Of a stretch of DNA of 64,000 nt, positions 1-12,200 are shown one piece after another (the first letter of the stretch is position 1; each line of letters starts with the position of its first letter). Both the position numbers and the translations under genes were made by a program. The notes under the pieces were generated by a model that was not told the origin of the DNA, searched no databases, and saw only the letters and a list, made by a program, of their open reading frames with translations. This DNA is from Macrostomum hystrix (Eukaryota; Animalia; Platyhelminthes), in the NCBI GenBank assembly GCA_950097015.1, contig CATNEN010000038.1:1736001-1800000 (forward strand), read 5' to 3'.

Positions 1-210
1 CTAATTGTCATTATTCACAGGCTAATCGTCATTATTCACAGGCGAATCGTCATTTATAAAATTCTTAACGGAACTATTCCCGTGCTAAACGTCACATTTT
101 ATTCGCAGTTTTTACTATCACTATCAGACACAAAAAACTCGGATATGCTGTTTATTACCCTCGTATTAGTAATTAGTAATTAAGTGGGACGCCCAACCTC
201 CCTTTGCAGT

Positions 211-3200
211 GCTCAACTCAACTCTGGACAAGATTCTGCCTGCCGATGTGGTGAAGCAACTGCTGAGCAGCGGGTTGCCGCTCTCTGCCCTGCAGTCCAC
301 GCCAGTCACTCTCAGCGGGGTGAGTGACACTGCAAATGCAGCGAGTATCGAGTAGTGATAGTTTGAGTAAAACTTTTGGCAGACAGCGTAAAACTACGCA
401 ACGGTAGCAACGTTGCTATTAATTGAGCAACGGAAATGAGGGTTGAGAGGTGAGGCTCAACCTCCGAAGCTATATGTCTTATAGACAGAAAGCTAGGGGA
501 TACGCATAATGATAAATAACTATAATAATAATAATAACCGCTGGAGGGCTGCGAGCAATGGCACATCATCTGGAGACACTAGACGCGCAGCCAGAGAGGA
601 GGCAATCATGCCAATTCCGCTGACTCCTGAGCACACACGCACTGAGATACTGTACGCAGGCATACGCTCACACTGGTGTGTACATCTGCCCTGGCTTTCT
701 CATTGTCAGGCAGTGTACACATTCACTGTGCCTTGGTGGTTGGCCATCAAGGGCCTCAATTGCACGACAAGCGCCCCAAGCCTTCTCTCCGCGGCTGCGC
801 CCCAAATGAATGTGGCCTCGCCGCGGAATCGAGCTCAGGGACCTTGGTGCGAGAGGCAAACGCGTTTACCGCTCTGCTACGGACCCCCAGCGCACGCGCA
901 TACGAACTGTACACCTCACACCTGTGTGCGTATTTCGACGTTTGAGTGTTAAGCGGAACAGGCATGGCGAACAGCCTTCTCGCTGGCTGTGGCTTGAATG
1001 TCGTCAAAGCGACGCGCCAGCGCCCACAGCGCCCTGAAATTAATTCTACTATAAGCAATTAATATTACTATAGCAATCCAATAACGTGACAAACTCTTTG
1101 CCATCGATCTCGCAGCTTCTCCAGCTGCTGCAGGTGGACCAGGGCACTTCAACGGCCATTCTGGGCCAGCTGTGCGGTGGAGCCATGGAGCTGCGCAAGC
1201 TGTTCACGGCTCCAGCCTCGCATCCGAGCCTGCTGGACCAGGCCCAGGAGATCGTCTGCTCCAACTCTAGCGCGTTGGCGTCGCTCAACTTGACGCACTT
1301 TCTCAATGACGTAAGCGCAGTCGGGTTGGTCAGTTGTGTTTCTAAGAAATTCGATATGTGCAGCAAACCACTTTTTAGTATTAGTTTTTTACGAGTTGGA
1401 CTGATTTCATTGCGATTTTTTTACTAGAGAGCTTGAACCATGAGAGGTCGTAAGTTCGAATCTTAGGGGGGCGAGTGGGTCAGCGGCTAACGTCGCTGCC
1501 TCGCACTCCAAAGGACGCTACTTCGATTCACCCTTCAAGTCACGATTAATTTTGGGACTTGTTGGGGGGTTTGGACAGTAGCGACCGGCGAAGGTGCACC
1601 ATATTTCGTGCAATCAAAGCTTGAAATAACAGCTTCGCTCCTACCTTTCTGTGTGCCTGTTCTGCGTTGTGTGAGTTGTGTGCGTTGGCGCTGGGGCGTG
1701 AGACCTTGCGGGGGGTGGCTGGAGGGCGGGTGTAGACCGCCGCGCGCTTTCTGGACTTCCGTCAGCGCGATTGGATAAGTGTACACTCATCACCCGGCCC
1801 CCCTGAGGACTGATTTCTTATCAGCCTTCCGCCCCGGCTTGGTCTGCTATGTGCGTGTGGGGCTGGGGTGGGGGCCGGGCCTATTCTGGGTGCCTCCTGC
1901 CCTCCCCGGCTGGTCTGTGCTGCTGTGTGTGGTGCCTGCTCAGGGGAGGCGGCGCGATGGGTGCTAAGCGCCTAGTTCGCCGGTCTGGGGGCGTGCCGCT
2001 CCGTCGCTTGTGCGACAAGTGCCCCGGGCCCCCTGCAAATAGATAGATAGATAGAAGTTCGAATCTTACCCCAAAGGCAAACAAATAGAGATATTCAGCG
2101 ATTCTTTTCGAAGACCCTGGCGACAATGACCTAATATTTCTCTTTAGCAGAAGTCTGTAGCCTGTGCTCTGGATCTTCATGGCGATGGGTTGACTATTTC
2201 GGGAGATACAGAAAAAATGTGGGCATTGGGAATACCCCCGTTGTCCTTCTACTGTTAACCGTGCGGCTCGTGTGAGTAAGAATGATTTATATTTTATATG
2301 GATTGTAATTTGCAGTACTTTTTGACCGCGGCTTCCCTGAACATCAGCCAGCTGGTGCAGGACATTATGCGTTTGGCTGAGCTGTCCAATGGCAATGCGA
2401 CTAGCCCAATGCTAGCCCAGATCATGAGCATCTTTGCTGATCCGAGCTGGGGCACGTCAATTAGGGTGAACTCAACTCAGGCCCCAACGGCCAGGTGAGT
2501 CAAAAATTATGATGCAGACACCTGCAAATTGTTTGACTGCTGGAATCTTGAATGCTAAAACCCTGAAATCTCATTGTGCCACAGCCTGGCAATGCTGGCT
2601 GCTGCGATGGACAAACTGCCGCTGGGCCCGACCGAGCGTTCAGCCCTGCTCTTCGGCAGCCACTTCCTGCTGCTGCAGGCGGAGTCCCTGAAGCTGAAAG
2701 CCAGTGAGTCGTCGTCTATGGCCAGGCTGGTGTGGGCTTTAATGTGTGTTTCGGCTAAGAACTCTCTATAACTTCTTGCTTCCAGCCCTCAGTCAGGACT
2801 TCGTCAAGTTTCTGCTGACGGATGCTCGAGTCACGGCCTGGACCCACAGCGCCGCGGCTACCCTGCCTGGAGTTCTGGTGCAACAGTCGCTGCTCACAGT
2901 GCCAACACACGTCTACATGTTCGCTGTGAGTCCTTCCGGATTTTTTGTCATTTTAAAATGGGGATAGTGCTTCAAAGACGGTAAAGTCAATGAACAAAGT
3001 CCAACCAACCAACTCGCAGTACACTGAGGGCCTGGCTAGCCCGGCGGATGTCAAACGGCTTCTGTGCGACCAGACCTTACTGCAGGAGATGGTGGACCCG
3101 GACACGCGCAAAGTGCTGCTCGGCGGAGGCTCAGCTGCTATCAGCACCGTGAAACTGTTCTGCGACAACTCAGGCGTGTTTGTGGCTTTGTGCGACATTT

Positions 3201-6200
3201 TCAAAGCAAAGCAGGACACCATCAAAGTCCGAGCTGACCAACTTGTGAGTTCTGCATGATGTGGTTAAAAAAGATCTTCAGATTTTTCGTACAGCTTTCG
3301 CGATTCTCAAAGATTTCATTTTGGAAAAATAACTTTCGAAGCTTTTTTGGCTCCTAATTTTGTCGTGATGCAGTTGCTGGGTGATGGACACCTTTCAGCA
3401 TCCTCGAGCAAGACACGAATGGCAACAATCTTAACTATATAATTTCAGTCGCGGCTAACCAACTTCTCCGCTCTGCCCGCCATCGCCGATGCCTTCGCCC
3501 AGTGGAGTCAGTTGGAGGCCGAACAGAGGAGCGTACAGGTCACAAAGGGCACATGGCCCAAGCAAGCCATCGACCTGCTATCAATCCGAGTCAACGCGTC
3601 GTGCACCTCCTGCGAGACGGTGTTGGGCCAGTGCCAAACGGGCCTAGCGATGCAGGAGGTCGTCTTCAACATGGTGGCAGCGTACTACATGGTGGATGTG
3701 GCCAACCCGCCAGTGTTCTGGTGGTGGCGCCTGCCCATTGAAACCATGGTGCCCAGCATTTACGGCCAGACAGCTGGCCTGCTCTTGGCCAACCAGTGGG
3801 CTAGCACGACTCGCCGGGACGTCGTGATTCGTTCCTTCCAGACTCCCCAGGGTGCAACAGTGCTGGGCCTGTCGTTGCAGCTCGCCATGCAGATGCTGCA
3901 GACTCCACCGGCTGCTGCAATCGTTCCACAACAGCCCAAGCAGCCGCTCTGCAATGGCTCCTACCTGGCTGATTACATTCCAGCTGTGGCCTCATATCCG
4001 GCAGGTTTGAAGCTAAACATGAGCCTCTGCAATTTCTTGGCAATGCGACCGGAGCTCTCGGAACTAATGGAACTGTCGCTGAAGTCGTGGGCGTCAATGA
4101 CCGCCAACTACACGGGAGGAACCAACGAATCTTTCACACGCGCAATGCTCGCGCTGATGAACCAGCAGCAATTGTTCTCCTACGCTCTCTCCACTGCTCA
4201 GACTGAGTCCACGCTGAATTTCACGCTAGCTTCAACGCAGATGCAGCTGTGAGTACTTTTATAGCGAAGAAAATATTGCGGATAGGTCTATATGCATTTC
4301 TTTGAAAACATTGCAGGCTCTCACTGGCCTACGAGTTGTTCTACAGTGCAGCCACCGCGAACGCCACCGACCCCATCGTCTCGCAGGCCCTACTGGAGGC
4401 CAACTTTCAGTTTAATCTGCAATACCGAATCAACGAGTTTCTGTGGCAGTTCTTGACTGACCTGAACAGTAAGTACTTTAGTTTAGGCTCAGCTGCGGGT
4501 AATTAAAGGTGCTTTTCGGAAACTGCTAAGAATTACTGTTGTTTCGTGAGAAAGAGTGTTCTCAGAGCCTGCTGCAATTCTAAAGTGTCTCTCACACAGT
4601 TTTTCTCATCTAGCAGTAGTTCAAACTGATTATCCATTAGAATACTGCACATTGTGCATCAATGCTTAGCCTCGCTGCAATGCCCCACTACCCTCTGTTT
4701 TGTCATTTTCAGACACTCGAGATTTGCAGCACGCCGCCCTGAACTCTCCTGAGCTGACGGAGCTGATGTCCTCGCTGCCCCAAGCCGCCAAAGACTTGAT
4801 GCGCGCCGCGCTGGAAGGATCTTTGACGATTGTTCTGCCGTCGTCAGGAAGTGCTAATATGACGTCACTGTGTGCGGGCCTCGAGCCAGCCAGCCTGTTC
4901 GGAGCGGCTGGCAGTTTGGCCAGTGTGAAGCGGTTCAGTGGGGCCCTGTGCGCAGCGATTCGCGCAGTGCCGAGTGCCGCCATGGCCAAGTTCGGTCCCC
5001 TCATTCAACTCTTCGAACCAGCTGGAAAGGCCTCGCTGACAACTGCGCGTTTCAACGTCACGGCCGACTGGATCCTCACCGAGCAGGTCAGCCAGGCGGT
5101 GATGGAGCTGGCAAGGCTTCAAGTGACCGACATCTTGCCGGCTGCGATAAATGTCACAGATCTGACGGGCTTCCTCAATCAGTACGCTGCGGACTTCAAC
5201 GCACTGCTAACCAGCAAGTAAGTATTGGCGATTGGATCATTTGGCTTGAAGACTCCCAGAACTTTGGCTGAACTACTCACGCCTCACTGAACTCATTCTC
5301 CAATTCCAGTTTGACAGCTCTGCTTGAAAAATTCGGTCAGGTCTTGATGAAGCAGCTGCAGAGCAGTCCGATGATCGGATCACAGGTGCAGCAGTACATG
5401 AACAGTGCTGTGCAGCTGGCTACGCAACTCACGGCACTGTTGAAAGGTGAGACAAGTGGAGAATGCACTGAAAGAAGTATTAATAGAAAAAAACTACCTT
5501 CGTTTTAACGATAGCAAACAATGGTATTTCTATGAACTTGCAGACTTCAGGTGGTTCATATTTGTCCTTTCGTCTAGATTTACCATGGCCTTTTAATTAA
5601 AAAAGATTGGAAATTCCTATTAGCTAATGGTCTAACAAATGCTCAGAACCGCGCCCAGTTTGTTTAAATTTGCACAGCATGACGCCCCAACCCTTCTCCA
5701 AACACCGAGCCAGCCTCGAACTACAGTGCCACAGGACTGGTGTCTGGCACCGAGATGGGCCGCCTGGTGGCTCTGTTTAACCAGGCGCCCAGTCTCCTGC
5801 CCACCTTGCTCAAGACTGTCTACGATGCGCAGGCGAATCCAGCCGCTGCGGCGGCTGCGTGGGCGCCGGTGTTTGCCGATCCTGGACTGTTTTGCACCAA
5901 TCTGACCGTGTTCTCCCGACTGTTGAGCACACCTGAATCTGTGAGTCCCGCGGCGCTGCAGGCCGACCTATGTCAGGCGGTGGATTTCAACTCGACCGCC
6001 CTGCTGGCTCAGGTGTTTCAGCGACTGCCCGCAATTCAACTGCTGGTGAACCAGGTGAGTTAGGGTGGGGGCAAATGCTAGTTCAGTATACTATTATGAA
6101 CTATACCTTAATTGGCCTAAAAAGATTGAACCGATTTACCGAGAAAAGTAATAAAAAATTTGTGCCATAAACAGCCTCAGGTATCTCAACTGTTTTGCAA

Positions 6201-9200
6201 GCGAATGCTACCTCCTCGCTTGTCCTCCACAGAAAGCATTGTTTGAGTTTTACTACTAGATTGATCTACTTTTCATTGCTCCAGATTTAAGAGATTACTC
6301 AATGCTAGGTCTCTGGTCTCTCACTCTTTGGGGTCACAGAAAGCTTGTGCTCTCTAGCCAAAAAAAAATTTAGCAACGCGCCAAAGCAAAGCAAAAAATA
6401 GTTCTCAAGACCTGCTCTGGCAAGTGCGAGTTCGCTTTCGTCGGCGGACAGGTAAACTTGCCTAGCCTGCGCTTAAAGCATCACAATGGAAGCGGAAAGA
6501 ACGAAAAACTTCGGTTGCTCAAGATCTTGACTGAAATTAGCAGCCTGTACTAGGATAGTGGTAGGATAGCTTAGCTATGGCAGCAAAGCATGAGTTGCGT
6601 GGGTGACCCCGCTGTGACTAGAAAAAACAACAGACTATATTTGAATATTTTAAAGACCATAAGAATATATTCGCGAGTTTTTTGCACTATATATAATTGC
6701 ATGCATAATATTATTTAAAAAACCCATTGCTGATTAAGTTTAAAAGTTCTCAATAACTAGTTTTTCTATTTGCAGATACTTGCAATTTAAAAAGTTTAAT
6801 CGGAATATAACAGTTATAATGGTCGCAAGTGGTAGTTGGTACTGGCAACAATAAACCCGCCGTCAGTATATTAGCAATTCCCCCTGAGCACGCACATGCA
6901 CAGGGACACATACGCACACAAACTCACTGGTGGGTTCATTCGCCCTGACTTTCTCATCGTCAGACAGTGTGCACTCTCACTTTGCATAGGCCTTCAAGGG
7001 CGTAAATTATACGATAGATCTCAAAGACTTCTCTCCTTGGCTGCGCACCAAATTACCTCGTAGCCGTCGGGGTGAGTGGCAGAGCGGTTAACGCGTTTGC
7101 CTCTCGCACCACGGTCCCTGAGCTCGATTCCGCGGCGAGGCCACATTTATGTGGGGCGCAGCCACGGAGAGAAGGCTTGGGGGCTTGTCGTGCAATTTAC
7201 TCCCTTGAGAGCCAACTGCCAAGGCACAGTGAAAGTGAACACTGGCAGACGATGAGAAAGTCAGGGCCGATGTACACACCTGTGTGAGCGTGTGCCTCCG
7301 TACAGTATCTCAGTGCGTGTGTGCTCAGGAGTCAGCGAAATGGGCAGAATTTCCTCATCACTGCATGTGGTTTAATGTCACCGTATGATGTGCCATTGCC
7401 CGCAGCCCAACTGCAATTATTTTTTATGGCCTTTAATAGCCTTTCCGTAAAATCGAGCTTAGGACCTTGATGGGAGGGTCGGACCAATTACTTCACCAAC
7501 GCCATTCACCTCTATTGAATACGGAAAAAGAAGGGTTGCATAATTATTGCACTTTTCTCCTGCAGCTGAACTGCTTATCCACCGGCTGCACTGCCGATTC
7601 TGGTAACGCCACCTCCGCCGCCGAGTTGTTCGCGGGCATGCAGGCTACAGTTGCCGAGTTCCAGAATCTCGTGACGAAAATCAACCCCGGAGGCATTCGA
7701 TTGGAAATATTCAACTCCAGCTACCTGGCATTGCTTCTGAACCCGGAGTTGCAGCGATTCGTGGAGCTTGGAAACCGCACATTGGATGCCCAGTAAGTGT
7801 ACAGGAGCAATTAAATCACAGTTACTTGAGTGATTTAATAAATTAATTAAATTCAATAAATTACTGACTTTAAAAAACATAAAAACATCGTCTTCAGAAT
7901 ACAGACGAACATGAAAAATATTGGCACTCTGATCATTAACCTGATGGCGAGCATGAATATGAGCATGGCAACAAACCTGGATGTGGTGATGAAGCTGCTG
8001 GAGTGGCACCAGGCGCTGTTCGATGTTGTTCTCGGAGGCCCAGTGAAACTGGACTCTATGCTCAACCAAACCGTCGATGGTCAGCGTCTGTGGCGCCTGC
8101 TAACCTCCCTGCCTGCTCTGACCCAGGTGCTCACGCACACTGCAACCCAGTACCCGGCTCGAATTGCTCAACTGCAGATGGCCCTGACATCCAGCTTCAA
8201 TGCAACCACGGGCAGCTCGGTTCTGACTTCGCTTTGCAGCATGAATTTCTCAGAATTCCTTATGGTCCCGTCAGGAGTTGTGTTTGATCCGCGAGCTTTC
8301 CAAGATGACCTGTGCGGACTGAACCTAACCATGACTGCCACGCTGCCCCCGCCGCTCAATACTCTGTTTTCCATGACTGGAGGCGTGCCTCTGACGCCCG
8401 AGAGCTTGATGAAGGCGGTGACCACGGTGGCCAGTGGCAACTGGACCTCAGTGATGCAAGTCTGGATGCCGTTCTTTCAACAATGGTCGACTACGCTTTC
8501 GAGCATCACAGCGACGCCCTCTCTACAGCTGGCCTTCTACCAGCTCGATGCAGCCTTGGCCAACCTGCCGGCAAGTATTCTCGGTCCAGTGAATAGCGTC
8601 ATGTCGGTTGCCAATCATCTATTGGACCTTAGCTCGGCCAGCCTTAGCCATCTTCTAACGAGAAACTCAAGCTCAGTGGCCGACGCTCTCTACCAACTTC
8701 CGGAGACACAGAAGCTGCTTTATCTGATTAGCGAAAACTTCACTGAGATTATTGTTGGCGCAGCTTTTAACCAACGACCAGTGCAGTACCTGCTGACTCT
8801 CAACGAAACTCAAGCTTTTATGTACCTGTGTCTCAGTCAGAATGCCACCCTAATGGCGGCCATGGGAATGAGCAACTTCAGTTTTATGTCACCGCCTGGT
8901 ATCTGTGTCAATTGCATCATTGAGAAGCTCTGCTCAGTAAACCTCACGGCTTTACAACAGGAGACGATTGAATTTGGAAACTCACTCGTTGGAACATGGA
9001 GCTCAACAAACAAGATTACATTCGTCATTTTGGGCGAAAAATCGATGCAACTTCAGAATTTGGTCATGCAACTTGCTGCGAAGTCACGCGTGTCTCTGCC
9101 GGGCATGTTCGAGGCCGCTAACTGGAATGCCGCATTTGCACTGCTAGCCCCTAAGTTCACGAATTCCACAGCACTGCCAGACAGTGCACAGGAACTACTG

Positions 9201-12200
9201 CTCACGATCTACCTGTCCATGAAAGACCCCAAGGCTCAAGCAGCATTTGCGACCCTCTTGTCGAATGCTTTAGGCCAGTGGGCGCCTCGGCTTGAGGCCC
9301 TTGTAGCAACGAGAAACTTATACGCTCTAGTCAAGGGTATGCCGATTCTGGATGCACTCTACAACATGACTTTGCGAGATGGCGGCGATGCAATTCTCCG
9401 AGTGGTCCTGGACGCGGCTGTGCGCAGTCCCAGCAAGCTGGTGGAGCTGATTATTAACCCGACCGCTGCTGCGGACGCTTTTGGCAAGCTGTGCAACGGC
9501 AGTCTGGATCTCGCCTCTCTGCTGGCAATCAATGCCACCCAAGACACGCGCTCCGTGCAGCTGGCTCTGTGTCGCGTCATGTCCGACGTTGGAAACGTCA
9601 ATGCACTCAGCAGTCGACTACTTGAACAGCTGGGCCTGTCCTCGCTGCTTGCCCCTGACGGCGTTGGAAATTCATCGTCGATGAATTTGACGCAGCTTCA
9701 AGCTCAGGCGCAGGAGTTCTTTAAAACTCTTCAGGTAGGTTTTGCTCGAACGAATTATCGCCCGCTTTAACAGCGAACTGTACGAAAAACGTGGAAATTG
9801 TGGAGCTTGGAAACATATCTCAACTAATTTTTCACATTCGGATTAGCTTAAATGTACGTGAATTAATTGTTTATGGTACTTTAAATTGGCATTTATTACT
9901 TTTCAGGCACTCACGATGACATCAACAGGGGATCTGGCCCCGCAGCTGAACCTCACAGTCTACACCGAGCTTCTGAAACGCTACACACTTATTGGCACAT
10001 CGCCCAAGCCTGAAGACCTCCTGGGGTACTACAGCGCTCTGTACACCCTACTTAAGACTTTTCTGCCACCCGCGGACTTCCAGAGTATCCAGGGCGTCAT
10101 CGCTAGCTCTGTGAATTTCCTGCAGGCTCTTGCGGACTATGCTTTAGGCGCTGTAGACGGATCTGGCAGGCTGGAGTTAAGTCGTCTCGTATCGAACATC
10201 AGCTCAGCCGAAGCCATCCTGCAGCAGCTGCTGCGGCCGCACAATCTCACCGGGCTGCAGGTGCTCACAACAAAACTTCCCGAGCTCTACAGTCTGGTGA
10301 TGATGAATGCGTCAAGTTTGTGCAGCTTAGACATGAATGAGTACTTTGTTCTACCAGCAACGCTGAATACCAGGACGCTGCAGAGCAGCATCTGCGGCCT
10401 AGCTGCAGACTTTCAAAGCGAGATCATGGCCAACATGGACGCGGTGAAGCTGATGCAGGCGGTGAGTGAGGGTCACTGGTGAAAGCGCTAACGAAAGGAT
10501 ATTAATTGTGTAATGTTGCTTTCTTCATAAAATAAAACGTGATAGTAATAAAAAACTAATCAAGATGCTTCTTATTTACCAGATGGCCGGTCTATCCATG
10601 CCAAACAAGACCTTGGACTTCAACAGCATCTGGCAGTTGTACAGCACCCTGATGTCGAAGTCAGGCATGCTGACAACACTAAACAATGTCACCTACAAGG
10701 GTGTGGAAATTAGCTCTCTGCTGCAGATGAGTGCGCCAAACCTACAGACTCTGTTCCCTGACGTCATCACAGTGTCTGGCCAGATGAACCTGTGAGTCGT
10801 TTTTTACGCAAATGTGTTTTCTATAGCTGCAAGTTTTGATCTTAATTGATATTAATTTCATCACTTTATTTGATTTCAGAATCTTCGGCGTTGCGGACAC
10901 GATTGCAAGCAACCTCGACGCCTTGGTAGGAAAGGATCCGGTATCGGCCACGGTTCTGAAAGTCACCCAGGCCGCTCTGTCGGCAATTCAAGGCGTTCTA
11001 AAATCCTGGGGCCAGACTGGCGAGCTGAGCCTCTCGGTCATCTTTGGAAATGCGTCGCGCTGGATGGAGTTGCTCAGCAATACGACAGTCAGCGCCAACG
11101 ACATCAGCGCTCTGATCAACATGACACTTCGAGTTGATAAGGTCGGAAGAAAAACTTCTTTGCCTTTTTAGAAAGGAGCTTTTAGTATTTTACATTCCCC
11201 GAACATGATAAAATTTCAGCTTGCCGCCCTGCTCAGCAACCCAGCAGGCATTCCTTCCACCATCTGCAACTCGTCTAGCGGTTTCTCGAACTATTTCGCT
11301 GTCGGAGCTTCTGTGCCAGCCTTTGACAATGTGTTCTACATCATCTTCTGCGACGCTGCAGCCCAGGAGAAGCTGCGCAACGAGTTTCTCAAGCAGATGG
11401 GAATCGCAGCAATTTTGGAAGCCACTTCTAACGCCGGAAATGGAACGACAGTCGTCCTAAAAGACATTGTAGCTCAGGTTCGACAGCTCGTGGATCAGGT
11501 GGTGCTGGTAATCCAAAGACCCTTCGTATTCAATTCGAACGGCACAGTGATTAGCAGCCTGATGAAGCTGCTGGGCAGCAATGATGCCATCGCTCAGCTG
11601 GCCAAGCTGCTGCAGGATCAGTTCACTCAGTCGGCCACTGGCTTCAACTTGTGAGCAAAAGCCTCAAGAAAATTTCTTTTATAATCGTCAAACGTCGATT
11701 CCTGATGTTATATTTATTTACCTTTCCAAATTCTACAGCCTGCCTCCAATCCTGGAAGCCGCCTACAGCCTGTTCAAGTCCTCGATGCCGAAGGAAACAG
11801 CGCAGCTAGACTTGGGCATCGCAGTCGCCTACGAGATCATCGCACGAACCAACGCTGAAGTATCCAACCTTCAAGGCAAGGCGGTCACCATGGAAATGCT
11901 TCTCAGGCCGGACAATGTTTTGTCGCCTCTGCTCAAGTCGCTCAGTGCGACAGATGCCAACACGCTGACAATTCTGGTGCAGGCAGTTCTAAACAACACA
12001 GAGGTTAGCAGTTTTAGCTCACCTTCTTTAGCAAGCCTTGCAAAAACTGGTCGCGTGGGTATTTGTGGTACTTTTAATTGCGAGAGGAACACTTCAAAGA
12101 ATGATTCCATTTTTTCAAAGAATGAAAAAATAAACATTATATCTGATGCTGATTCTATTATAGTTCAACCGCTGGCTCAGCATGGGATTCACAAACGCGC

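Noticed and set aside
1800-1830. Hammerhead-like CUGAGGA followed by a hairpin in SINE-B
   Set aside because: No GAAA follows the hairpin.
6940-6975. Hammerhead-like CUGACGA...GAAA in SINE-A (minus strand)
   Set aside because: The bases form a simple hairpin (CUGAC/GUCAG) with no stem II, stem III or cleavage triplet arrangement.
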